NCBI GenBank assembly: GCA_964016885.1
Contig: CAXHJY010001418.1
Span: forward strand, 35,074-99,073
Direction: 5' to 3'
DNA: 64,000 nt
From: Eledone cirrhosa
Lineage: Eukaryota
Part shown: positions 12,995-27,556 of the stretch, piece after piece
Layout of the letters: each line of letters starts with the position of its first letter
Position numbering within the stretch: the first letter of the stretch is position 1
Made by a program: the position numbers and the translations under genes
Notes under the pieces: generated by a model
Database searches by the model: none
What the model saw: the letters and a program-made list of their open reading frames with translations, nothing else
Told to the model about the DNA's origin: nothing

Positions 12995-13468
12995 ACTGAA
13001 AAAGTGGAGAATAACATGGTCAACAGTATAAACAAAGGGGATTTATTTATAGTCTAACAATTGTTTCACTGATAAAGATGTCTAAAAATTGCTGATCACT
13101 AGAAGCAATGCCACTCAATTTTAAATACGATGTTAGCTCAATCAGATCTTCGGAAACTGTTATACAAAATACAAAATATATATAACCGGCAAATTTACAA
13201 ATTCAAATTTTTAGACATCTTTATCAGTGAAACAATTGTTAAACTTTAAATAAATCCCCTTTTTTGTACTGTTGACCATGTTATTCTCCACTTTTTCAAT
13301 TTTATTACTCCAAGATACACTTACATAGGAATACAAGTGAAATCATAAACACGTCATCTACGTTAGCCTCGTGTTGAGTCAAACAACGCCGTATGCTAAA
13401 ACTATCCATAATAAGAAGTATTCACAACCACTGACTGGATTACCTACAACGATATTTTGTTATCCCTT
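12994..13468. mobile_element. Family D fold-back element in (TA)n
   Basis: ~93-bp inverted arms at ~12997-13090 and ~13207-13300, each with GAAAC(aatt)GTT followed by aataaa. Confidence 0.82.
13051..13158 (-). ncRNA. Type I hammerhead-like motif, CCGAAGA core (family D)
   Basis: Minus strand: agttt-CCGAAGA-t-ctgat[67 nt]atcag-t-GAAAC(aatt)GTT-agact. Confidence 0.68.
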
Positions 13469-13521
13469 ATATATATATAAAGAGAGAGTGAGAAAACGTG
13501 GGACTGTAGAGTGTTAAAGTG

Positions 13522-13577
<56 letters not shown>

Positions 13578-13892
13578 TCAAAAGCGTTTATGTAATTGCA
13601 TAATTCAGATGTGTACATACGTCAGAAACTAACTGTCTATGCAAGTATCAGAATGTAATCTCATACATATGTATATGTGTATTCTTGTGTGCATATGCTC
13701 ATTAGTGTTTAATGTTTGTGTGTAGTTATGTGAGCGCACGTGTGTGTGTGAGCGTCTGTGTTTGCGCGTCTATGGTTCTTTCTGAAGTTTGGTTATGTAT
13801 GTTGGAGTAGACTGTGGTTCGTTGATAACATGTGTGTCTGGGGGGCATTTTTGTATACACACACCCACCCACACACAAACATATATATATAC

Positions 13893-13997
<105 letters not shown>

Positions 13998-14071
13998 CAC
14001 ACAAACATATATATATATACATATATATACATATACATATACATGTATATATAAATATACATATACATGTA

Positions 14072-14102
<31 letters not shown>

Positions 14103-14161
14103 TTTTTAATATATATATATATACATACATACATATAGATACATATAAATAAATTCATTGG

Positions 14162-14246
<85 letters not shown>

Positions 14247-14306
14247 CTATATGTATCTTTGTATATACACATCACACACATTGGAGATATACCCAATGAA
14301 ATATTC

Positions 14307-14406
<100 letters not shown>

Positions 14407-14809
14407 GTATATATATATGTATATATATATATGTATATGTGTTTGTTTGCATGTGTGTTTATGTATACACATGGATTTATATATAGGTTCATCTTAGTTT
14501 AGGCCTATGAATCTGTATGTGTGTGAATAGATGTATTACTGTGGTTTGTGGTTTTTGTGGTTATGGAAGTTGGCGGTGTTCGCTGATGAGAATACTGCAG
14601 AAGGAAGGCGGAACCGAGTTTAAAAAGGCTAAGTACCGGAATGAGTGGCTCCCATATCTGGGCTTTTGCGATACCATAACAACTAATGGTTCGACATTAT
14701 TCCTATTCATTGAGACGTGTGTATTGCCGCTCTACAGCAAAACAATAGATACAAAAGGCCGACATTTTAGATAGGACAACGATGTGGGAAACAACGACGG
14801 TGTTGATGT

Positions 14810-15385
14810 GACATGGTTTGTGATGATGATGGTGATGCTGATGCTGCTGATGATGATGATGATGGTGATGGTGATGGTGATGGTGATGTGGTTGGTGATG
14901 ATGGTGATGGTGATGATGGTGACGATGATGGTGGTGATAGTGATGATGGTGATGGTGATGATGGTGATGTGGCTGGTGATGATGATGGTGATGGTGATGA
15001 TGATGATGGTGATGCTGATGATGATGGTGATGGTGATGATGGTGATGGTGATGTGGCTGGTGATGATGGTGAACGTAATGATTATGATGATTATGATGGT
15101 GATGCTGATGATGATGGTGATGGTGATGATGGTGATGGTGATGTGGCTGGTGATGATGGTGAACGTAATGATTATGATGATTATGATGGTGATGCGGTTT
15201 GTGATGATGGTGATGGTGATTTGGTTTATGATGATGGTTATGTTGATGATGGTGATGGTGATATGGTTTATGATTGTGATGTAGTTTATGATGATGGTTA
15301 TGTTTATGATGGTGATGGTGATGTTTGTAATTATTATGATGATGATTAGTGTGATGACAATGATGACGATGATAATGAATGTGGT
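14810..15385. repeat. (GAT/GGT)n array with ~99-bp internal duplication
   Basis: gtggctggtgatgatggtgaacgtaatgattatg occurs twice. Confidence 0.9.
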
Positions 15386-15478
15386 GATATATATATATAT
15401 ATAGAAAAAGATAGTTAAACACAAACATACTGACACACACACAAACATGCGTGTGTATATATATATACATATATAAAT

Positions 15479-15536
<58 letters not shown>

Positions 15537-15638
15537 TTCAGAACATCCTGTTAAGGGTGAAAGCAAGGATTCTGTGCTTAAGCTTTAATCTAAAATTATA
15601 ATATATATATATATATATTGGTTATTGATTAGGCGATA

Positions 15639-15748
15639 CCCGCTGATGAAGCAGCATAAGCCGATTGTGCATTGTTGCATAACATATGCAGACATATAGT
15701 ACAGTGCATCTTACTGCTGCATTAGTGCTGCAGAAACTCGAGTCCGGG
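15639..15748 (+). ncRNA. Type I hammerhead ribozyme motif (family G, copy 1)
   Basis: cccg-CTGATGA-a-gcagca[~69 nt]tgctgc-a-GAAAC(tcga)GTC-cggg. Stem I can extend through an internal loop (agg/cct). Confidence 0.8.
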
Positions 15749-15892
15749 AACCTTATAGGCACCCGTTTAACGTGTGTTGTGTTGAGGCAAATAACTATGT
15801 GTATACTCTGGTAATGAATCTTACATTGCCCATTGAGTGCGCTGAGATACAACCGGTACTGGCATTGATAAATATGCTGGGTCCGTCAACCT

Positions 15893-16033
<141 letters not shown>

Positions 16034-16105
16034 CTGTTTCAGAACATCCTGTTAAGGGTGAAAGCAGGGATTCTGTGCTTAAACTTTAATCTAAACTTAT
16101 GATAT

Positions 16106-16139
<34 letters not shown>

Positions 16140-16159
16140 TGGTTATTGATTAGGCGATA

Positions 16160-16269
16160 CCCGCTGATGAAGCAGCATAAGCCGATTGTGCATTGTTGCA
16201 TAATATATGCAGACATATAGTACAGTGCATCTTACTGCTGCATTAGTGCTGCAGAAACTCGAGTCCGGG
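16160..16269 (+). ncRNA. Type I hammerhead ribozyme motif (family G, copy 2)
   Basis: Same core and stems as 15639-15748. Confidence 0.8.
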
Positions 16270-16413
16270 AACCTTATAGGCACCCGTTTAACGTGTGTTG
16301 TGTTGAGGCAAATAACTATGTGTATACTCTGGTAATGAATCTTACATTGCCCATTGAGTGCGCTGAGATACAACCGGTACTGGCATTGATAAATATGCTG
16401 GGTCCGTCAACCC

Positions 16414-16478
<65 letters not shown>

Positions 16479-16695
16479 GGGCGATTACGCTGTCGAAATA
16501 TTCGATAAATATTCCGTCGCAACCGGCGCGAATGGCTGGTTTCAGGTTATTTGTTGGAGATTTCTTCATAGAAGCCTTATTCTTATAGACTGGTCTATTC
16601 GATTTTTTATATGGTTAATTATGCTAATTGGGAGAGAAAATGGTATATATTTTATCTGGTGATTCTATAGACATGTTTTATGATATATATATATA

Positions 16696-16816
16696 TATTT
16701 ATTAAAATAACAGTTTAAAGTTTAAGCAAAGAATCGCTGCTTTCACCTTTAATTTTCTGAAACTTTACGGTTCATATATATTTGATATATAATTATCATT
16801 ATCGAGCCCTCTTTGG

Positions 16817-16822
<6 letters not shown>
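16696..16822. mobile_element. Family A element, internally deleted fold-back
   Basis: An inverted HHR arm (minus strand aaagtttcagaa..ggtgaaagcagcgattctttgcttaaac) is joined to the plus-strand tail ttatcgagccctctttggatttta. Confidence 0.8.
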
Positions 16823-16894
<72 letters not shown>

Positions 16895-17273
16895 TTTAAT
16901 CAACAAATATTGGTAAGAGTTTGAAATTTGAAACATATTCATAGGTCAGGCACTCCTTGACGAAATGTTCAACTCCCTGGCAAGGCATCTGAAAGGTGCG
17001 AGGTTTCATTACTTGCAGGCGATCTCGTCCACCTTTTTCTGTCTCTGAGTTACATCAGGCAAGTATTACATATATAGGCTTTGGCATGTCTAAATTTCAA
17101 ACATATATACACACACACGCGCGCGCACACACACAGACACACATATACAGACACACACATATATATATATATATTTGTGTATGTATGTATTTATATATAT
17201 ATATGTTTATTTCTGTGAAAAACTATACATACCTATGTATATATATATATATATGCGTATATGTATATATCTA

Positions 17274-17320
<47 letters not shown>

Positions 17321-17391
17321 ATATTTTCATACATATATATATATATATATATATGTGAGAGAAAAACCACAGACCCTCCATCTCAACTTTA

Positions 17392-17426
17392 CTTTTGAAA
17401 GCAGCAGATCTGCGAAACCGGTAAAG
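17392..17426 (+). ncRNA. Minimal hammerhead-like motif (core one base short)
   Basis: ctt-TTGAAA-gcag(cagat)ctgc-GAAAC(cg)GTA-aag, then aataaa. Lies between (TA)n tracts. Confidence 0.45.
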
Positions 17427-17576
17427 GAACCAAATAAATATATATATTTAAAAAAAAATAAGACTCCAGTTGCATTTTAGATTTCATCTTTTTTTCTTTA
17501 TACTTTCACTCGTGTAGGACACCTCGGTTATTTTTCATTTTGTAAAAAAAACCTCACTTTCTAATATATATATATA

Positions 17577-17621
<45 letters not shown>

Positions 17622-17622
17622 A

Positions 17623-17680
<58 letters not shown>

Positions 17681-17771
17681 TTATATATATATATATACAT
17701 TCATATATTTTCATATATATATAAACGTAAAAAATGAAACGAAATTTCATTTCTCACTGTTAGTACGGCTA

Positions 17772-17848
<77 letters not shown>

Positions 17849-17896
17849 ATATATCAACCGATCAATATATATATATATATACATATATCAACCGAT

Positions 17897-17932
<36 letters not shown>

Positions 17933-18009
17933 ACCGATCAATATAATTATATGAATATATTTATGTGTTTTTTCGTATCTATATATATATCTATATATAT
18001 ATATATATA

Positions 18010-18495
18010 GATGGGTGTACGAATATATACTTATGAGTGTTTGTGTATGTGTGTGCGTGTCTGTATATATGCATGCATGTATGTGTATGTATTGATGTTG
18101 ATGTGTAAATGTAGGTGTGTGTGTATGTGTGTGTATATCTGTATATATGCATGCATGTGTATGTGTATGTATTGATGTTGATGTGTAAATGTAGGTGTGT
18201 GTGTATGTGTGTGTATATCTGTATATATAGATGGGTGTACGAATATATACTAATGAGTGTTTGTGTATGTGTGTGCGTGTCTGTATATATGCATGCATGT
18301 ATGTGTATGTATTGATGTTGATGTGTAAATGTACGTGTGTGTGTATGTGTGTGTATATCTGTATATATGCATGCATGTGTGTGTGTATGTATTGATGTTG
18401 ATGTGTAAATGTAGATTTGTGTGTATGTGTGTGTATATCTGTATATATGCATGCATGTGTGTGTGTGTATGTATTGATGTTCATGTGTAAATCTA
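18010..18495. repeat. TG-rich nested tandem repeat (~70-bp subunit, ~220-bp higher-order unit)
   Basis: atgggtgtacgaatatatac at 18011 and 18231. gtattgatgttgatgtgtaaatgta is repeated. Confidence 0.9.
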
Positions 18496-18879
18496 TGAGT
18501 GTGAGTCCGTGTGAATGCGTGTGCGCGTGTGTCTGTCTGTAAGTGTGTGTGTGTGAGTGTGTGTGTGTTTATCTGTCTCTGTCTCATCTCGATGCTTTCA
18601 AATTACCAATTTTTATCGAACAATATCGTTGTTGATGTGTGAAAACTCCAACTGCAATGGAACAATACCAGCGTTCTGGTGAAATACGATCCCCAACCCC
18701 AGTACCCTGTTTTTGGTGGGGTTTTTCTCTATCGGTCGGGGTCGGCTTCACGCAACATTGGAGCTGTTCAAACAGGCTTTTTGAAATTTCTGTGCTAAAT
18801 GGCTTGCAACAGTACTTAACACGTTTAACATTTGACTGTGTCAATACCTACATTAGAAAGACACATACAGTATCACACT

Positions 18880-18965
<86 letters not shown>

Positions 18966-18983
18966 CATAGATAGATATATACA

Positions 18984-19053
<70 letters not shown>

Positions 19054-19159
19054 CATATATATATATATATATGTTTGTATGTATATATTTAGATATACAT
19101 GTATATATCTATATATCTATTTATCTCTATATATATATCTATACGAATACATATATGTG

Positions 19160-19292
<133 letters not shown>

Positions 19293-19434
19293 ATATACAC
19301 ATATATACAAATATGTAAATATATACGTATATAAATGTATATAGATATGTGAATATATACGTATATAAATGTATATATATATATATATAAATAAATATGT
19401 ATATATAATTGCATATATATATATATATATGTAT

Positions 19435-19475
<41 letters not shown>

Positions 19476-19962
19476 AAATGTATGTGTGTCTATGAATACA
19501 TATAGATGTTTACATAAGCAATTCGTTATATATTCTAATTTTTACTGAATTTATGTATAATCAACACCCCACCCCCGGCACCAACACACACACACACACA
19601 CACACGCACATACACATACTCTAAAACGTGCAGTTCACAAACATATATCCACGCAATGTCATATTTATTTATAAGTGGGAGTCTGGGATATTTACTATGA
19701 TGCCTATGAATACACTGATGTTACTGTAAATAGTGGTGGGTTGGGGGTGTACTAGTGGAATATGTGGGGTGGAAGATGTCCCAAAATTATGGGGGATGGT
19801 AGTGGTGGTCATGGGTTGGTTGTGATATGGTCTATGAACATACATCGATTGATGTTATGACACTTGATATTATTTCAAATTAGAGCTTTGAATTTTTATT
19901 GCTGACATAGTAATTGTTGTTGCCGTTGTTATTGTTGTTGTTGGTGACATTGTGGTTATATA

Positions 19963-20010
<48 letters not shown>

Positions 20011-20077
20011 CATGTATATATATATTCATATATATAAATATATATATATACATATATATTTATATATATATGTTTAT

Positions 20078-20162
<85 letters not shown>

Positions 20163-20183
20163 TACATATATAAATATATATAA

Positions 20184-20284
<101 letters not shown>

Positions 20285-20299
20285 TATATATATATAAAT

Positions 20300-20380
<81 letters not shown>

Positions 20381-20411
20381 TATATATATATAAATATATA
20401 TATATATAAAT

Positions 20412-20491
<80 letters not shown>

Positions 20492-20600
20492 GTATATATA
20501 TATATATATATATATATATTCTTGTTGTTGCGGCTTCATATAGTCTTTTTGAGTTTTTGGTGGTGTTAGGGTAAGGGTTTGGTGTGATGGGTGTTGTCAT

Positions 20601-20792
20601 TGGTGGATTGGCAGTATCGGTAGAGGGTCGGACGCCATGCTTTGACGCATTGAGCTACGGCCCTTGCCACTCTGAGTTCAAATCCCGCCCAGGTTAACTT
20701 TGCCTTTCATCCTTACGGGGTCGATAAAATAAAGTACCAGTAATGCACTGGATAATTTGCTGGCCTTGTTCCAAAAGTAGAAACAATTATTT
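20601..20792 (+). mobile_element. MetaSINE-like SINE
   Basis: Full consensus from head to tail. Confidence 0.92.
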
Positions 20793-20826
20793 CTGTTATT
20801 TGTTTCTTTTCTTTTTTTTGCAATAG

Positions 20827-20903
<77 letters not shown>

Positions 20904-21061
20904 CATAATGTCAAAAGTAATAGAAGTGAAGGTATGATTGGTTAGCTTCAGTAAAGTTTGGCTGCTATGAGCAATAATTATTTCGTTTCTCGACATTCGA
21001 TTTTGTTTTTATAATTTTGTCTTCTTTTATTTCATTATTTTCATACATTTTAGGACGAGAC

Positions 21062-21126
21062 ATAAGTCGATAGAGCAATGTGTCTCTCGGCACAGAGTTG
21101 ATGGTTCAAACTCTGACCACAGTAGC
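21062..21126 (+). mobile_element. tRNA-like SINE head fragment
   Basis: gtcgatagagca (A-box-like) followed by gatggttcaaactc (B-box-like). Confidence 0.45.
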
Positions 21127-21297
21127 TATATATATATTTTAGTCCAATATACTGAGAAGCATTACCCACGAGACTTAGTGAATGTATGCAATTCAATTTC
21201 AATTGATATTCTACATAAATACAGGAATTGGCTTGCTGACAAGAAACATCTCCTATGTCTCATGTAAACCTAACTCTGGTATTATGGTAATTCACGT

Positions 21298-21351
<54 letters not shown>

Positions 21352-21472
21352 TATATATACATATATATGTATGTGTATATATATATATTAACATTGGGTG
21401 TTCAAACTGATGAACCATAAGTAACTAAATATCACACAACAATACACTATATATATATAAGTATATATATGT

Positions 21473-21524
<52 letters not shown>

Positions 21525-21596
21525 CTGTGTGTGTGTGTGTGCGTGCGTGTGTGTATACATATATATATAAATATATATATATGTATATTCAAGTAT

Positions 21597-21653
<57 letters not shown>

Positions 21654-21719
21654 GGTGTATGTGTGTGTGTGCATGTATTCACTACATAAGAAATAGTTAT
21701 ATATACATACACAATGGAG

Positions 21720-21812
21720 GAGAGGCAAAGATGACCTGGAACGGATTTGACCTCAGGTAAATGAGATCCGGAATTATTACCGCAAGGCATTTATTCTATC
21801 CGAACCTTTCTC
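21720..21812 (-). mobile_element. Degenerate MetaSINE-like fragment
   Basis: ggcaaagatgacctggaacggatttgacctcag...ccgcaaggcatt. Confidence 0.6.
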
Positions 21813-22880
21813 AAGAGCTCTGTGCAAAATATTTAGCATGTGTTGCCATTTGAAGGTTATTTGGCAGAAAGCCCAAAACGTTTCAAACGCCTATGTTTCA
21901 CTAAATAAACCCGTGCACAAGGCACTTTTCCTACAACCCGCCCCACATCATATTTTGCTTAATTCGAATAACATCTCTACAGAAATATCTGTTCAGCAAA
22001 TGACCTTCAAAAATGTTTCAAATGAACTGAACATTAACTAAATTAACAACATTACCCAATTGTCACTCTCCCTCAGGCATCAACATTTAGGAAAGTGTAC
22101 GGCCAATAACCTTTCTATATCGAATAAATTATTTTTAAAAAAAATGCATTTGACGAAGATTTCTCAGTAGAGATATAAATTTTGAAATGCCGCAAGTTAA
22201 ATTAATTTAACCTCAGAAAGCGTCAAAGCACGCAATAGTTATTTAAGCAGAATACACTATTAAAGCCTCTAGCGAATATTTCAATATCAAATAAACATGT
22301 TTTTTCAAAGGCGTTTTAAACAATTTTATATGCAGAAAATTTACGTTATCAAACAGCCATCTTGGATATGATAGTATATTGCAATACATGATATTCTAAA
22401 GTTATAAATATTGAAATTATATTTTCAGCGTTTGTAATTATAATATCTGGGTTATTATAACTCGGTGAGACTAATTAGTAATCACAAATTTCCTTTAGAG
22501 ATAACACACATATATTTGGTTTGTGACATATAGAACTGGATTATAATTACAACATCTCAACGAAGAGAATTTGATATTCCTTGTTGATAAAAATGATTAT
22601 AATATTACCATATTTACCATAATAGCAAAGAACGTCAAACGGAAATATTTATTAATTTAAAATATATTTCAACATTTAAAGTTATACATACTATATACAC
22701 CGAAATTACTCGATAATGAATTGCTTGTTGGTTTTATTGGATAACCACAAGAAAAATCTAATCCAGCAATCCAATGATTAAACCTTCCGATGCTATATTA
22801 ATAATAGAAGATATTATGATTTCAATTAAATTATTAAAATAAAAATAATAAGTTTTTAATAATATAACTGACTTACATTA

Positions 22881-23270
22881 AGGGTGGTGGATTGGCAGTA
22901 TCGGTAGAGGGTCGGACGCCATGCTTTGACGCATAGAGTTACGGCCCTTGTCATTCTGAGTTCAAATCCCGCAGAGGTTAACTTTGCCTTTCATCCTTAT
23001 GAGGTCGATAAAATAAAGTACCAGTAATTCACTGGATAATTGCTGGCCTTGTGCCAAAAGTAGAAACAATTATATCAAACTGATGGATTGGCAGTATCGG
23101 TAGAGGACCGGACGCCATGTTTTTCAGCATAGAGTTACAGCCCTTTACGGTCTCAGTTCAAATCCAGCCGATGTTAACTTTGCCTTTCATTCTTACTGGA
23201 TCGATAAATAAAGTACCAGTAATGCACTGGCTTAATTGCTGGCCTTGTGCCAAAAGTAGACACAATTATT
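22881..23270 (+). mobile_element. Two tandem MetaSINE-like SINEs
   Basis: Copies at ~22881-23072 and ~23083-23270. The second is flanked by the direct repeat tcaaactgatg. Confidence 0.92.
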
Positions 23271-23560
23271 TCAAACTGATGTTTAGAAGATCTATACAAA
23301 ACTTATTAATGGAAGGTTAGTATTAAACATGAATAGTCCAAAACAAATATGTTTTGCATATTAGAAAGAGTAAGGATTTCAGTTTACGTATTACTGGAAA
23401 AATAGTTTAAACTAATTATTATAATATATTTTGTATTTGAATTTCCATATAGACATTTTTGTGCAACCAATGTCCGTTGGTAATTTTGTTAAAGATATAG
23501 GATAGTGTGTCAGTGTGTGTATATATAGGCACATTTGTTTGTATGTATACTCTCACATTT

Positions 23561-23607
<47 letters not shown>

Positions 23608-23776
23608 TACACACATATATACACACACATACACACACATATATATATATAAGGAAAACAGAACATTAACAGTAACTTTGAAGTATCGCCTTATAATAAC
23701 AAAGATTTTTGATAACTTCTCTTATGAAACGAGAGCATTTTCAGTTAATATGTAAATGTGTTTATGCACTATCATG

Positions 23777-23880
<104 letters not shown>

Positions 23881-23885
23881 AATAA

Positions 23886-24054
<169 letters not shown>

Positions 24055-24166
24055 TATATAAATATATATATATACAAATATATATATATATATATATACA
24101 AATATATATATATATATATATATACAAATATATATATATATATATATATAAAATATATATATATAT

Positions 24167-24235
<69 letters not shown>

Positions 24236-25791
24236 TCGTGTGTGTGTATACGCACATAGAAAACCAATGAATTAGAACAAGTGTTTAACGGAGTGCAATG
24301 GATTCGAACTTATAACAACTCCTCGCCGACCACAGCTGTATATATTACCGGGCAGACCCGACTCGACCCCCAGACCCCATCAATACCATTCACAATGTTC
24401 CCTCAACCTCTTCTCCTCAGCACAACAACACCGACTGTATAGGGCCATGCAATGCTCATGCATACATAGACACACACAATGGCGTCGACTGAATCCGTCA
24501 CGTGATTGTACACTTCAGTGCTGCACTTAAAGTTAATTGACCAGTTTCATCTTAATGTGGGTCTTTTTTGTGGGTTTACTTTCCTCCTGTCCCCTCTTTT
24601 AACCCTTTTCTTCTCTTGCAAACTCGATTGGCCGTGTAAATTAAACAAGTGCAATTGGTAGTCACTGTTACAGTGGTGGTGTTGGTGGTGGTGGTTTTGG
24701 CGATGGTGGTGGTTGTGATTGTGATGATGATGGTGGTGGTTTTGATGGTGTTGATGATGGTGGTTGTGATTGTGGTTGTAAAGATTGTTGCTTTGGTGGT
24801 TGGTTATGAAGGTAGGGGTGTAGTGGGCTTGATGGGGAGGGGTTTGATGGTGATTGTTGTGGGGGTTTTTGTCGTGATAGGGGTGCATATGGCGACGGTG
24901 TTAGTGGTTGTGGTGTTGATTGAAGTAATGAGGTGATGGGAATGAAGAGGGTGTGATGGTATAAATGAGAATGGTAGTAGTCATAGTAGTTTTGTCAATG
25001 TGTGGTGGAGGTTGTGGTGATTGAGTCTCTTGTGGTTGCTTCTCGTTCTGCTAATTTTAGCGATGTTGCTAGATATATTAATGGAGGTGTTAAGAAGTTC
25101 GTTTTGCAATCACGAGGTGGTAGGTTCAATCCGAAAGGCTGCCATGTTTTATTAGTTTTTTATCATATTTTCGTATGAACCGAATCCTTGTGAATAAAAA
25201 TGTTTAGAATTGTTCATTAACCGTTTAGAGTCTTCGCTCTGGTTATAAGTGTGTTATGGAAGGTAGTGAGCATAATGGTTGCATTAGTTATATAGACTAA
25301 TGTCATCTCTCTTCAAGCAGACCTATGATCAAAGACATTCTAGATGTGACTATCTCGTCATTTCCCTATTTTTCCTATGTAATAAGAGCCAGGAATCACA
25401 ATATTCATGTTTAAAGTGGGGGTTGAAGGAGGTTTGGCTACAATTTAGCGGTGTTGTTCTCATTGAATATGATCTTATATCCTCTAAATAAGTCAGTGCA
25501 GAATGTGTGTCTATCAATGATAAGCTACTCAAATTATGCCTGGAAGAGATTACCATATAATAGCCATGGATGGTTCCTTTTCGAGAACATGTATCCCTGA
25601 GCAGGGTTTCTTTTCTTTCAAACTCGTAACTCCAGAAAGATCGGAGAAGCATCGTATTGACATACAGCATTTCTAGGACACTTTTTAAACTTGACGAATC
25701 CCATCTCACCAGGTCTGAGTACAACAGATTTCTTTCAGAGAAAGATAGAGATGAAGAGAATGAACGTGAGAAAGAGACACATTGGAAGAAT

Positions 25792-25947
25792 CAACCCCAG
25801 TATTAGACTGGTAATTTTTTTATCGACCTTGAATGGATGAAAGTCAAAGTTGGCCTCGGCGAGATTTGAGCTCAGAGACCAGAGAGCCGAAACAAATACC
25901 GCAAATCATTCTATCTGACATTCTAACGACTCTGCCAATACCGCCTT
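25792..25947 (-). mobile_element. MetaSINE-like SINE (older subfamily)
   Basis: ggatgaaagtcaaagttggcctcggcgagatttgagctcag...ctctgccaat. Confidence 0.82.
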
Positions 25948-26057
25948 GAGCAGGGTTTACCAAGGAGCTAAACAACATATACAATATATTAATATTATCT
26001 GTGGCACAACTTTGTGATATTACAGATTAGAGTAAGAGCAGTTGATGTTGTTTAAAC

Positions 26058-26396
26058 CAGGGGTTCTCAACCTTTTTTTCGCTGTGGACCACCAAAATAA
26101 GTAATTTTTTCCTGTGGACCACCTAAACTTTTAAATCTTTTGTAATAGAACTGCTACTTATAAGCATCAGTAGATGTTTTTTTTTCAATGAATTAGATAA
26201 TGCTATTATCATGTCGCAGTGCCTAAAAATCTACGCATACAAACAGCTGAAGTCGTACTTATGCGAAGAATAAGAACAGCGCTTTAAGTCAAATGCATGG
26301 ATAAAAAAAGAATTTGCTATTGAAAATTTTCTGTGGACCACCTGAATTTTCCTGTGGACCACTAGTGGTCCACATGGACCAAGTTGAGAACCCCTG
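26058..26396. mobile_element. Non-autonomous hAT (Charlie-like) DNA transposon / MITE
   Basis: TIRs caggggttctcaac / gttgagaacccctg, perfect 8-bp TSD gtttaaac (26050-26057 and 26397-26404), and subterminal tgtggaccac repeats. Confidence 0.93.
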
Positions 26397-26409
26397 GTTT
26401 AAACCTTTA

Positions 26410-26542
26410 GTTAACCCTGATCGAAACTGTTGGATCCAAAGCTGTAGTAAATAACACTTGCCCAAGGAGTCGTTCGGTGGAATTGAACATGAAAGCAAAC
26501 AGTTTAGAAGCAAATTTCCTGAGCATTCAGCCATGCCTCTCC
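26410..26542 (-). mobile_element. tRNA-derived CORE-type SINE fragment
   Basis: Minus strand: ggcatggctgaatg...gttcaattcc...ccttgggcaagtg (CORE-like motif). Confidence 0.7.
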
Positions 26543-26726
26543 CATTGTTGGTAAAGTTGTTGTTGTTGTTGTTGTTGCGGGTTTTGCTGTGACGGGTAAA
26601 GTGGAGGTTAGTGGATGAAGGATGGTGTTGAGTGGTCAGTGTGATCATCGTTGTGTAGTCAGTGAATATTGTCGATATAGTCTTTAAAGTATATGTGTAT
26701 GTGTGTCTGTGCATGCGTACTTTGGC

Positions 26727-26863
<137 letters not shown>

Positions 26864-27064
26864 CATGGGGTGCAGTTGCATGTGTAAATTGCTTTCTTTT
26901 GTTGCTGAGGGTGTTAGTGATTATGTTGGTGATGTGTCTGTGGGATTTGACGGTTGATAATAACTTTGATGATGAAGATGGCTTTCTTGAATTGATGTTC
27001 ATTATATTTATGATGGTGATAATGTAGATGGCGGGATCTGTGGCTTTTGATGGTCATAATAACT

Positions 27065-27473
27065 TGAGGACGATGACGATGACGATGACGATGACGACGA
27101 CGATGACGATGACGATGACGATGATGATGTTGTGAAGAGTAATGATTACATAGTTTAAATTGATGTTGATGATGATAGAGATGATGATGATGATGCAGAT
27201 GATGATGATGATGTTGGCAACGGTGTTGCGGGTGATTATTACTTTGTTTACATTGATGATGATGATGATAATGATGGCGGTAATGGTGATGATGATGATG
27301 ATGATAATGATGATGATGATGATGATGGTGGTGGTGATGACGATACGTTGATGTTGATGAAGATGATGATGATGAGGATAACGGTGGTTGCGATGATGAT
27401 GTTGATAATAATGATGATGATGATGATGATGATAATGGTGGTTGTGATGATGGTTTTGATAATGGTGATGATA

Positions 27474-27509
<36 letters not shown>

Positions 27510-27518
27510 GCGATGGTA

Positions 27519-27556
<38 letters not shown>

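Noticed and set aside
14583-14600. CTGATGAG hammerhead-like core
   Set aside because: There is no downstream stem II-GAAA-stem III arrangement.
24644-24657. Minus-strand aattgcacttgt resembling the miR-92 5' end
   Set aside because: The match stops after 12 nt and no precursor hairpin is evident.
25350-25724. 124-aa complex ORF
   Set aside because: It has no recognisable motif or convincing splice sites. It is probably a decayed repeat or a chance ORF.
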